Below, one piece after another: positions 13,714 to 25,849 of a stretch of DNA of 64,000 bases. The stretch spans positions 33,610,437 through 33,674,436 of the forward strand of contig NC_092672.1 in NCBI RefSeq assembly GCF_964355755.1. Direction: 5' to 3'. This DNA is from Antedon mediterranea. Taxonomy: Eukaryota; Animalia; Echinodermata. The notes below the pieces were generated by a model. The model saw nothing but the letters and a program-made list of their open reading frames with translations, was not told the origin of the DNA and did no database searches. Both the position numbers and the translations under genes were made by a program. Positions within the stretch are counted from its first letter, which is position 1. Every line of letters begins with the position of its first letter.

Positions 13714-13932
13714 ATGACGCATTTTTAAATTAATCTCTGACGCGTTTTTAAATTATTCTCTGACGCTTTTTTAAATTATTCTGTGACGCGTTTTAAAATC
13801 AATCTAAGACGCGTTTTTAAATTATTCTGTGACGCATTTTAAAATTAATCTCTGACGCGTTTTTAAATTATTATCTGACGCGTTTTTAAATTAATCTATG
13901 ACGTGTTTTTAAATTAATCTATGACGCGTTTT
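13714..13932. repeat. Minisatellite, ~23-bp unit (tgacgcgtttttaaattaatctc), about 9-10 copies
   Basis: Direct reading of tandem units. Confidence 0.9.
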
Positions 13933-14607
13933 CAACGATTGTTCAATTATTATTTTAACCATGTAGCATATTGAATTGATATGTCAATACTACAATACAT
14001 CATAATATTGAGTCGTGACCAGACGACACAAGACAATTAATTCTACAAACAATTAGTAAGATGACTATAAATGACTGATACGATTGTTATTAACGATATA
14101 AGTTAAACGCGAAAGAAGCAACCTATAGCAGTAGACCGACGCCATTCGCTACTCGGTTCCAGCTTAGAATGTCCATAAAAACAAATCGTGATCTCTATTT
14201 CTCCGTCTGTCTTATCATCAGATGACCAAACTTGTTTTTTAGTATTTTACTGTTTGTAGACAATCAGATTGTATATTTCTTTTTTTTTGTCTTATGTAGG
14301 ATCGACCCACTTTAATTTCTTCATCAATAAAATGTTCGTTTACAATGCATTGCACATGAATAATGTAATGATACAATACAATATAATTGACATTAAGTAC
14401 CTTTCAGTACATCTGATATCTCACTCCTACCATTGCATTTTATATATAATAGTATAAGGAAAGAAAAAAAAATTTCCTCTATGTTATACACTCTTTACAC
14501 GTTTTTCAATCCTTAACAATGTACGTATAATTTACCACAGAATTTTTTATTTTATAACTCTTTTTATCTCTTTCAGGCAATAAAAAAAAAATTAAATTTT
14601 ACTTTAC

Positions 14608-15444
14608 CTAAATATCAATTTTATAAACGTTAATTTTATACCTTGCTAAATTGTTACGGTCCATATCTGACCACATTTTTTTTGCCTTTTCTTTATTTAT
14701 TAAAAACTCACAATTGATTATACCTTCTAACTCCGCAGTGAACATTAACCATGGACATTTTTTAACAAGTCCTAGTCTGTGTTTGACTTTACTTTTATAA
14801 ACACATAAAGTTAAAATGGAAAATATTTCATTAATTTTGACATCATATTTTCCAAGTAAAATGTTCTCCCATGTAACTTCCTGAGTAAATGCAAAACATG
14901 TTTTCAGCATAGCGCAACATTTTACCCAGCAATGTTTTACTTCTTTGCATGTAAATAACACATGCTTTTCATTTTCAACCTCCTCATTACAATATTCACA
15001 ATAATTATTGTTTGACAAATTCCATAATTTTAGCTTACACCTAATTGGTAAAATTTTATGTAGCAACTTAAAATTAAAGAAAGCCACTCTTTTTATGTGC
15101 AACATACTCTTAACTTTGTTTTTCCAACATAGATTCCAGTCAATAAAACAATTATGAAGTTGGTTTTCCCATTTATCTTGTGCTTTTGGTATGCACGCTT
15201 TATATGCTACATCGGTAAAAGTGGAATAGAATTGTTTGACAGTTGTATAATTTGAAGTAACATTAACATTTTTGTCTATTGTATCAACCTCTTTATGTAT
15301 ATAACAATAGGGTTTCTCAACCACTATAACTTTCCAGTTTCTTGGAATAGCGTCAATTAGTGCCATATATTTTAAAAATGCATTTTCCCTTCGTTTCAAC
15401 AGTGGAGTTATTTCATTAATATGCTTAAATCTAGACTTATCCAT
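14608..15444 (-). pseudogene. L1/Tx1-like LINE ORF2 C-terminal fragment (zf-RVT region), 5'-truncated
   Basis: 278-aa open frame with W...FNFKLLHKILP...L..W...CEYC..E.E.EKHVLFTC..V..CW, the zf-RVT signature. Confidence 0.85.
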
Positions 15445-15505
15445 AATATCTCCTACTGTAGATTTTATATTTCAACTAAAAATTTTGTTTCACTTGAGTA
15501 TTTAA

Positions 15506-15850
15506 AGATGCATTGACCAACCAAAACATGAAAATTCAGTTTAATAAAATCAGATTTTGAATAGGCAATTTTGTAGTTTCAATAAGGTAATCACTTCCAC
15601 AGAAAAAAAACCGAAAAAAAGAAATCTTTTTAGGCCTACTTATACAAAAAGAAAAAAACTGTTAAATTTAACCAAAACCCCATTGACTGGCAGCCAATTT
15701 TACTTTGTTTTCCTTTAAATTAATTACAGTTTTTCACGTAAAGAAGGTTTTTTTTCAATTCAATTTTTGGTCAAAGTGAATAACTATTACGGAACATCGA
15801 AATGGCATATTAAACAATTGAAAACATTATTATTTCAGGACAATACATCT
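15506..15850. mobile_element. Kolobok-like MITE (family F) at the 5' end of the LINE fragment
   Basis: TTAA AGATG...CATCT TTAA, with internal homology to 10426-10759. Confidence 0.65.
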
Positions 15851-16019
15851 TTAAGAATTGTTCAAATTCCAATACAGTTAAATAATTAGGAATACTTAGT
15901 ATGCAACACCGATAAAATATAACATTTTGTAAACTATATAGGCTTATTCAACATTACAATGTGAACATATTAACATTCGCTGATGCTGTATTTTGTACCA
16001 GGGAAGAATACGAAATTAA

Positions 16020-16181
16020 AGCTCTGTCTACACTATCAAACTAGTTTGACAAAAAAAGTGTTATGTACCAAAATATGGTAGCGATATACCCAAATATGGT
16101 AGTGATATGACATCATCATGTTCATGTATAGGCGCGCATCACATTTTTTGTCACATAAAGTTTGATAATGTAGACAAGGCT
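16020..16181. mobile_element. PIF/Harbinger MITE family C
   Basis: Same TIR as 11855-12003, TAA TSD. Confidence 0.8.
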
Positions 16182-16654
16182 TAAGGAAACAATTTTTAAA
16201 GAACGACGGCAAATGTTATATTAATATCTATATTGGTTTAATAATGGATTAGTCTGACAGGTACATTCATTTATCTTTTTGTAATCATCATCGTGTCTGT
16301 AATTCTCAAAAGTAATCATTATAGCACAACGTGCTCAATTAGTATTTTTATTGTTTAAATCCATCGTTCGATACCATAGGCCCATATATATATTATTATA
16401 TTAAAAATATTATAAAACACGGCACTGAAAGCGCATTTTAAACTTGATTTTTTAAACATATATTTCATATTAAAACAGAAGCACTTAGCAGTTTTACATG
16501 AATAGGCCTATATTCAATAGTCGACTTATTTTGGATTGGTTTTTCAAGAAGAGTAAAATATTACTTTGAGTTGTGAGTACTGACATCTTCTGATCACCCT
16601 GTGTATCATCGACTATTCCATCAATCCTGGCTCAACACTGGTGCATTCGAATGA

Positions 16655-16937
16655 TGACGTCACCGTATTGAACGTATATTGTAAGCCTATTGTATTGAGA
16701 ACTGCATTCAGTATCATAATAAACTGCTGCTGCAACAGTAGCCCTCGCATAGCTGCTGCTTGCTTCACGCACCATGCGTGGCGCACATTAATTTACACGG
16801 TGATACGTTGTAAAGTGACGTATTTGTTTTATATATAGGAATTTTGCATTGATTTACAAAACATTGCCACGGATTTCTGCTGTAGTGATTGAGGTTTCAC
16901 ACGACGGCACTCTGTTTCAGCAAAAAATAAAGTAAGT
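16655..16937 (+). promoter_or_regulatory. Candidate Pol II promoter and non-coding first exon
   Basis: Full CRE TGACGTCA (16655), half-CRE (16816), TATATATAG (16830), then a consensus donor GTAAGT at 16932. The sequence context is not repetitive. Confidence 0.4.
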
Positions 16938-17632
16938 ATCTGTCAGTTTACTAAGATGTCATTTGTGTGAACGTGTATTTAAGGCAACGCTGTACAAACA
17001 TTTAATTTAACAAGTACTTCATAATAAAATTCGTAAAAATTAATGTTTCACCATTACGACTAATTTAAGCCTAAAGAAATAATTCCTATTATTCATTACT
17101 CATTAGTTGTTTCTAATTGAAGAGTTTATATTGACATTTAAAAAAAAAGCAGTTGTTGTTTACATAAACCATAATTTCAAGCCAATATCCACAGCTGAAA
17201 ATCTATGAAAAGATTTGCACTAGCGCTGTTGACACATCGGTAGTCCTAAGCCTATTATTTTGATTTTCAGAAATAATTATTATCAAAGCGTGTACAATGC
17301 TAAAACCTTACAAAGCGCGCATACTTATATTCTGAAGAAAAGTTCCGTTAGCAGAAAGCTTTGTATTTTCATTTTGGCTTTTTTACTTTATGTTTTATTT
17401 TATTAGATTTGTGCTTATTTTATTTGCCATTGCGATTGGTAGATCCAGACACTAATAACTCATTTTTACGTGATTTGCTTTTTTAATTTTTCGGAATAAG
17501 CTATTTCAGCTTCTGTTCGTATTAGACCTTGTTTTGTATAGATACAGATTTTTCACAAGCGAATTAACTACATGTTTTTACTTACAGCAAAAATCCAACA
17601 ACATTCTTTAAACAAATGATTTGTCAAGCTTA

Positions 17633-19054
17633 ACTCTGTCTATACTTTTAAACTAGTTTGAGAGAAAAAGTATGGTATTGATATGACATCATCATGTTCA
17701 TATAAGACCGCATCACATTTCTTTTGTCACATTCAGTTTTGCTAGTGTCAGTATCAGTTTTGATAATAATAATAATATTTATTTGGAACAACTTTTTTTA
17801 ACAGTGGCACACATACGTAGATGGTGCGTCCATACCAATTACAAAATTTAATACAAAAACAATGGAAAATAAAAACTGAAACTAAAATAGAACATATTCA
17901 AAATAATGACATAAAATTGGACTCGACGCTATTACAAAACTTATTTTTAAACTAAAACTACACTAATACAACTACTAATTTTGCAACAGCAATGGAAAAG
18001 AACAAGGCCATATAGATGGCTGCAGTCACGTGCTTAGTGTTTACCGACCGACTGACCAACCTACCAACTGACCGAAATTACTGAACATGCTTAAAAAATG
18101 TTGAAATGTTTAAAAACAGTTATATTTTTTTAATTTACACGTGCGTAGCCTGTCACTTTTGACGTGCTCGTATAACGTAATTTCGAGTTGAAAAGTAAGT
18201 CAAGAAAACAGAAATCGGGCAAAAAGAGTGCGCAATAACATTTAACGCGCAGTGCGCGCGCAAAAATCGGCGCACTCATGGCAATTTTGTAAACGCTTAA
18301 AATTGCCTGAAACGTACTCTAATTTCATCGAAAATAAATTTTGAAAATTTTAAGTGCGCGTACGCATGCGTTACATGCGCTACGCACGTAATTGTATTGC
18401 CATATGATGATTTATGCCCTGACATTTATGAGTACCAAATTTTATTTAATTGTGATTCATGGTTGTGAAGATATGATTACAAACGTGATTTCGTTAAATC
18501 GTGCGTAGACCGCGTAATTTTTTATTGCGCATCGTGAACACATAACCACATCGATTCCTGGCCATAAGGAATATACTGTGAAAAATTGACTTAGCTAGAT
18601 TAAACTGATATCAAGATAAGGTCAGAAAGCGATAAAACGCATAGTGATACCGGACCGACAGACAGACCGACAGACCGACAGACCAACCGACCGACCGACA
18701 TAGTGAACTATAGAGTCGCTTCCACGCGATTAAAAACACTTCTTTAATAAAATAATATAACAGTTCAAAGTTGTAATACAATTGCATTTCTTAATTTCCA
18801 AGCACGGCTTGTGTACATTTTACAATAAACTGTCAAACACTGCATAAATAGAGAGTTATTTTTATGAAATAGCGTGCTTCCTAGGACATATTGAACCTTA
18901 AGAGATAGGTCACCAGAAATAAAATAAAATTAACCAAAGTATCTACACAATTCATTGCAATAAGAATACGTTGAAGTGTTTGCAATTCTTCAATTCTTAC
19001 TTACTACAAATAAACAGGAAATGTTTAACATCTTCTTCTAGTGTAGACAGAGCT
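17633..19054. mobile_element. Family C MITE split by a LINE 3' fragment that itself hosts a HINE
   Basis: Left part 17633-17764, right TIR tagtgtagacagagct 19039-19054, TTA flanks. The insert starts with a (TAA)n tail and encodes EEDVKHFLFIC on the minus strand. Confidence 0.6.
18001..18735 (-). mobile_element. HINE copy 4, chimera of a subfamily B end and a family A body
   Basis: Left ~65 bp matches 5515-5590. The remainder matches about 7118-7835. Confidence 0.75.
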
Positions 19055-20407
19055 TTAGGATTGTCAACATGCAATAATGAATTACTTGATTTTACGGAAT
19101 AAGTTACAATGTCTATGTCTGACTTTGTTTCATACTGTTAAACAAATCCACAAGCGAATGAACTTCATGTTTTTACTTATGGCAATCCAACACAATGCTT
19201 TAAACAAATTTGTCAAGCTTACAAAAGAATTATGTTTTGATGAAAATAAGTAACTCTCAGAATTCAAACTAGAACTTCACCTTTAAACTAGTTAATCATT
19301 CACATGCACGCTATGTTTTTACATGTATTAATCTCATGTATTCAAAGTTAGAATAGGATGAAAACTTGTATGTCTGTTCACTGTACTAATTTTATTTTCA
19401 TAAGACCAAATGCAAGTTTGTCAAGATACTCGCAAATTGTCTGCGTGTAGTGCAATATATTTTAATTTATTTTGATTTAGTATTATTTGCATTTTTATGT
19501 TTATGCAAATTTTATTCTAAATTTTTTTTATACAATCAGTGCAATAGGAGACCTAATAGATAGACACCATAGGCACCACTAGCTCTTTTTTAGATATGTT
19601 ATAAGTGAATGTTTTAAGGTTTTTTATTCATGTATGTTTCTATTTTTATAGCAATTTTAACTAATTTTTAGTCATTTGTTTTACAATTCATTTCAGTCCT
19701 TGACTGTCGTTTTGTAATATATTTTTATATACCGAATAAATAAATAAATAAATAAAGATAGTGATTAAGTTCGCTTTTTAGGAATCCTGTCTGTGCCTGG
19801 TTTTGTGTGATGTTTTCTTGTTCTTTGTCCATGTTTTTTTTTTATATTGTATTTTTATGAGGCAAAATGAATGAAATGAAATTTAAAAAAATGAAAATAA
19901 ATACTGCGTGCGCACGTCTGTATCATAATATTTATCCTCGTTTTAATGTCTCCATGCATGCATATTTCAGGCGAGTTTTAAATGTCATTAAATGACTTTT
20001 TCTCTGTTGACCTTTTAAATTTAGGATTTTTAAATTACAGTTTAATCTCTTTTTTACCTTAAAGGGAAATATTGAAACATTAACTTTAGTTGAATCAGAA
20101 TGTAGATAAAGTAACAAATCAACGCGGATAGTTTTAGGGGGAATGTTCATTTAATATAGTAGTATTTACCATGTATAAACCCCGGTAGCAAGGTTTTTGT
20201 TCTGTAAAGATTTTTATAACTAATGTTTTCGAAGACTAAACTCTAGTTGTTTAATAATCGCCTTCCCTATTTCATATGTCATTCTACAAAACTAACGTAT
20301 GCTGTCAGTTACACAAAAATTAGACAAATTCTACGCACATAATGATATAAAATGTACGTACACCTTTTTGTACGCTATCATTAACAATCGGTGTGTGTTA
20401 TCACCCC

Positions 20408-20545
20408 AAAATCAATGTGGACGCGCGCGTCAAACTTTGGGTTGACAATCAATGTATACGGACACGCGTCATCTTTGTGTGTTGACAATAAATATTTATG
20501 GACGCGCGCAACAACTTCTGAGTTGTAAATGTGGATGCGCACTTT
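20408..20545. repeat. Degenerate ~42-bp tandem repeat (ggacgcgcg...gttgacaat), 3-4 units
   Basis: Direct reading. Confidence 0.6.
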
Positions 20546-21729
20546 AACATTGGTTACTGTAGAGTTAACCTTTATTCGTTTCGGTTTCGAAGCATTTATT
20601 TCAAATGATAGTCTGTTGGTCCCGGTATTTACATACTAGGAATTATTTATTGGTTCTTTGCAAGGAAATGTGTTCGTCTTAAAGTATAAATGATTGTAAT
20701 AACCTTTAAATATCCATTACATTTGAAACAGTATGGTTAAATATACATTTGAGTGCTGCTTTTTCCATCTCACTTGTTTAAAATTTCTAAACGAAAAATA
20801 TGTATTTTTCTTTCGTTTTTTATACTTTACAGTTATTTTCTAATCTTAATCCTATTTTGAATAACCTGTAATAGTATAGTTAGTAAGTTTATGTTACGTA
20901 CCGTAATTAAAACGGTACGTGTGTTATGTACGAACCCTTAATTCAATTTAATTCTGGTTTATTAAAATAATTACAAGTAATAAACTTGTGTTTACATTCT
21001 ATATCAAAAATAAATATATCACTTTCAAATAATATAAAGAACAAACACACAGACAACAAATGCACTTTAAATAAAAGCAATATTTCAAATTGACTTGACT
21101 TAATGTCTTAAATTAAATAAGACATCTTAGACAATAAACCAACGTAAATGTTTTAAATTAATGAGATTAGACAGTAGCTCGCGTCTGTACCACGCGAGCT
21201 TCGCGCGTGGTTACTATTCATGTGACACATGATTTATTAAACCTTTAAAACTTTCACTAGTGATTTAGGGCTATACGTGATAATTAATTGGTCCAGTGAA
21301 ATTAGGGTGAACCAAGCGTAAAGAAACTGACATTTCAATGGAATTATATAATGTGAAACATCAGCCGTCCGGACACACAATATTGGGCGCGCGTGTGTTA
21401 ATATGATTGGTAAGAATAAATATTATTTTTTTAACTGAGGATAAAATTAACTGCTTAAGTTTTGTAATTGATTACTTCACCCTGTGTCAATATGTTCACT
21501 TATATGTAATTATAGGCTGTCGAGCAATTTATCATTTTTCTTAACTGCGTTCGACTTCCTTTAGTTTTTCCACAAACATACAACAGTCGGATGGCGGCTG
21601 TCTTCAAGTATTTTTTGTATTCAAAAAAGTTGACAGTTATCTGGAACAACATTTTGTTTATCTTTCACAAGAGGTTTATTTAACAAATTGAAACACAAGT
21701 CCTAGCACGTTATATTACAAACAAAAACT

Positions 21730-22150
21730 AGCAGTCTGTGTATAAAACATTCTTATAAGATGCTTTGAAAGTCGTCATAAAAAACGATGCATTGTGGATG
21801 GATAGACTAAGGTAGGATAAGCATTGTGGGTAAAAATGTAAACGATGAATTTGGAAATTTGAAGGTAACCGCCTACAGAGTATATTGGTGTAAACACTAA
21901 TACGAAAGTCATTATCAACAGAACCAACTCGAGTATCGATTTATTTTCCCGACCATTGCTCCTGAACTTTATACTTTTATTGATGATTTTGGTCTTCTGA
22001 TCCATAATTTAGTTGAACATTATTATTATTTTCTTCTTCTTTCTTAAAAGCATTTTCCCAATTATGTAACAAAATTCGTAATTCTTTAGCTGCATGTTCA
22101 GTAAGCATGTGCTGATAAACGTAATCGTGATGTACATGCTAGCTTCGCCC
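21730..22150 (-). pseudogene. Class A GPCR pseudogene fragment (TM5 to helix 8)
   Basis: Minus-strand peptides MYITITFISTCLL..FCYIIGKMLLRKKKK (TM5-like), RENKSILELVLLIMTFVLVFTP (TM6-like) and CLSYLSLSIHNASFFMTTFKASYKNVL (TM7/H8-like), in the correct order with frameshifts. Confidence 0.5.
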
Positions 22151-22159
22151 CTTTATTTA

Positions 22160-22290
22160 ATTCTGAGTCCCCAATCTTCTTTTAAAAGATGCTACAGAGC
22201 GTGCAGAAACAACGACGCTTCCAACTGTCAAATGACTCGGTTGGTAAAAAATTGCGCGCTTTCCACTGTTGGAATTGGTTGCAAGACATA
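22160..22290 (-). mobile_element. CR1/L2 LINE 3' end fragment
   Basis: Peptide FTNRVI...VVSARSVASFKRRL is typical of CR1 ORF2 termini. Confidence 0.5.
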
Positions 22291-22486
22291 TTTTAGGTAG
22301 GCCTACAGTAACCTTGCATCTTCTGGTTTAGAGATAATAATACTTAATTGTGCTTATGCTAGTGTGGTTTATTTATATGAATACATTGATAGCAAATTAA
22401 ATGATTAGTAAGATCCTGATCTGTGCAATTACTGGAAAGATCTAGGCTACAATAGTGTTACATTCGGGAAAATTGATGTTTATCCA

Positions 22487-22860
22487 AGCCTATTTTCCAC
22501 TAGGCGAATTTGTTCGCGCGAATCCAACGTTTCGAAGAGAAAAAAATCGCCTACTCTCTTTCCACTCCAGAGCGAATAGCTGCGACGTTCATGTTCCTCG
22601 CGTGGTTGCTGAGCATTTCGATTCGCATGAGTGCTCATGAAATCGTCATAGCTCATTTCCTGAGCTCTGATTGGTTGCGCAATATTTCGCTTCGCAAAAA
22701 GTAGAAACAATTCGAACTAGTAAATTTCGCTGAAGCGAAAAATCAAAGAAACTAGAATTCGACGAAGAAGGCAGTATGACAGACAGAAACGCGAATACGC
22801 ATGTGCATAGCATGACGCTTTCGATTCGCGCGAACAAATTCGCCTAATGGAAAATAGACT
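22487..22860. mobile_element. Non-autonomous TIR element (Harbinger-like, family E)
   Basis: ~38-bp TIR agcctattttccactaggcgaatttgttcgcgcgaatc. A ~77-bp identical fragment is repeated at about 23380-23456. Confidence 0.75.
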
Positions 22861-23163
22861 TAACTTTATATTGTTGCCCACGCAAAATCTATAAAATATA
22901 AATTACATTAAGTTATCACATGAACGCATTATAACTCCCTCATCTGAGCTACTCCGGTAATCATACATTGACAGACAGGGATAATAGCAGCCTAAGCTAT
23001 GATTATTTCAATTACAACTGCTGTTATTATATCTTTGTTGAAATACTTTATTTTAGAATCAATTATATCTGTTTAGAAAAAAAGTTATAATTGTCCAGTG
23101 ATGTATACAAATAAGTTTAATCACACAAAAATCATATTTAAGGTGTTTTCGTCATACAACTTA

Positions 23164-24215
23164 AGCGTGTTTCCCACTAGAACGCAACGCAAAGTGCTGT
23201 ATTGAGTAATCAACAAGTGGGAACCGACGACGCAATAGTGCTGCAGACATCGCAGATTTGTTCACGCAGGCGGGGGCAAACACAATGATTGGAAGGGCAT
23301 TTTCTTACGTTGCATAGATTGCGTTACTTTGCGTCGTTATTGAGAACCAAGCTTTAGATGTTGTATGTTTGTTCCCCCCAAGGCAGTATGACAGACAGAA
23401 ACGCGAATACGCATGTGCATAGCATGACGCTTTCGATTCGCGCGAACAAATTCGCCTTTCGGCTCATGAAAGGCCGTAAGCCGCAACGCTAGCGAATTGA
23501 TCAATCATAAAGCTTGGTTCCCACTAGAACGTAACGCAAGGACGTAAACGCAACGCAAGTGAATTGACCAATCACAAGCGATGTCCTATTCGCTTGTGAT
23601 TGCTAACTGTCTATTACCTTCGCTTGTCATTGGTTAAAACGCTTGCGTTGCGTTTACGTCCTTGCGTTACGTTCTATTGGGAACCAAGCTTAAGCGACAT
23701 TTGGAATAATCCATCGCTTGTGAGAGAATATTAATCAATTAAAAGTAAATTAAAGAATGTTGATTAATTTTAATTTACCCCAAGCTTGATCAGAAGGGAT
23801 AATACCAAAACACGTGATTCGTTTGTCGCTTGTGATTGGTCAACTAATTGCGTCGCGCTTACGTCCTTGTGGTGCATCCTGTTGGGAACCACAAGCATTC
23901 AATCACGTATGTCAAACAGAATACATCAAACTGCTTCCATTAAGCTGTGTTTACACTGGGAAGAAGATGGGGATAAGGTTTTTTTTTATTTACCGTTTCA
24001 TCTCCTCATTCTGTTTAATAATATTAAAATTACTAAAGCATCGTTCCTACTAGCGACGCAACACAAGGACGTAACGCAACGCAAGTGAATTGACGAATCA
24101 CAAGCGATGGCTTATTCGCTTGTAATTGCTAACTGTCTATAACTTCGCTTGTCATTGGTTAAAACGCTTTCGTTGCGTTTACGTCCTTGCGTTACGTTCT
24201 AGTGGGAATCAAGCT
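23164..24215. mobile_element. Cluster of palindromic PIF/Harbinger MITEs, family D (23164-23353, 23511-23690, partial ~23815-23895, 24037-24215)
   Basis: TIR AGCTTGGTTCCCACTAG, near fully palindromic body, TAA/TTA TSDs. Further degenerate copies at about 29081, 37570, 39355, 41199 and 52000. Confidence 0.8.
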
Positions 24216-24524
24216 TAACAACCAACGCATCTCTCTTTGGAATTGAATCAATTTGCTATTAATAAAACAAAAAAGCACCTGCATTATGTACTGCACTAGG
24301 AGAGAAAAACAACTTTAATTGAAATTAAAATGTATGTTTTGTTGTTTCTGCATCGTTGTTCAATTCAAACACGCATGATAGATTTAATTCCACTTTGAAC
24401 ATCATGGTAATTTATCTTATGGAAACGATACAGTGATCTAAAATTAACTATCTTTATTTTGTTCTTTTTAAGTGATTGTAGCGATCTCGAAATGACATCT
24501 GCTTTCTCTAATTGGTCTCTTTCC

Positions 24525-25210
24525 AATTGTATTAATGTTTTAATATCTGTTTATTATACTCATGTAGAATTGAAATGTCAATTATTTAAACTGTTTTAAA
24601 AGTATGGGACGCCTAGGTATGGGACGCTGTCATTTTTTTGTAATAATGTTTAATAAAATACTGTATCCGTGTATTGTACTCATGTAGAATTGAAATATCT
24701 TGGGAGATTATCAATTATGTCAACTGTTTTAAAAGGTATGGGACGCCTAGGTATGGGACGCTGTCATGAATATAACAGCAACACCGTACACACAATTCTG
24801 AGGATAAAAAATACTCAAGCTGTAATTTTTTAAATAATGTTTCAATATAAATATCTGTTTATTTGTACTTATATAGAATTGAAATATCTTGGAAAATTAT
24901 CAATTATTTCAACTTTTTTTAAAGATATGGGACGCCTAGGTATGGGACGCTGTCATGAATATAACAGTAACACCGTACACAATTCTGAGGATAAAAAATT
25001 CTCAAGCTGTAATTGTTTGTAATGTTTTAATAAATATCTGTTTATTATACTCATGTAGAATTGAAATGTCTTAGGAGCTGAGATTATCAATGATTTCAAT
25101 TGTTTTAAAGGGTATGGGGCGCCTAGGTATTGGACGCTGTCGTGTGAATATAACAGCAACAACGTACATAATTCTTACCATCTAAATATATCAAAGCTGG
25201 AATTGTTTTT
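24525..25210. repeat. Tandem repeat, ~187-bp unit, 4 copies (first shortened)
   Basis: Marker tatgggacgcctaggtatgggacgctgtc at about 24603, 24738, 24926 and 25113. Confidence 0.85.
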
Positions 25211-25849
25211 CTGAGTTCACAGAAAGAAAGACACTCAAATAATAACATAATAAGATTAGAAGTATGGCTAGCAACACATTTTTTGGCTAAGACGTAATCT
25301 GCACTAAAGATAATTGATAGATTATAGATATAAGAACAGACACAGTAATAGTTCAAACAAGCCTAATGGAACAATATGTTTTGAATGTACGCGATGAATT
25401 TGAAACGACATATTACGCACGTATCGCACTTCTTTTAAGGTGTCTGTATGTTCTCTGTGTTTATAATCACACAATAGCCTAGATGATGTACCCGCAACAT
25501 CAAAGATTGAATTACACGTTGTTTTTTGTATGACTTTCAAATAATTGTTTATAATCTAATTTTAGAAACGCTGATTTACAAAAACACGTTGTTGTCCTAA
25601 CAATAAATTAATAGTTAGGCCTACTGTGATTACTCTAACTGCTTAAATTATACTCTCAAATGTTGTAATATAAATTAGATTTAGAGAAAGCAAACATCAA
25701 TTACAAAACTATATCAATGTAGAACGACTGCTAACAAACAATTATCGTATGTTGACGGTAGGATAATATTACTTTAGTTACACATTGTTGATAGCATTTT
25801 ATAATGGTGCTGGTATAACACTTTGTAATATTGTAAAAAATACCTTATT

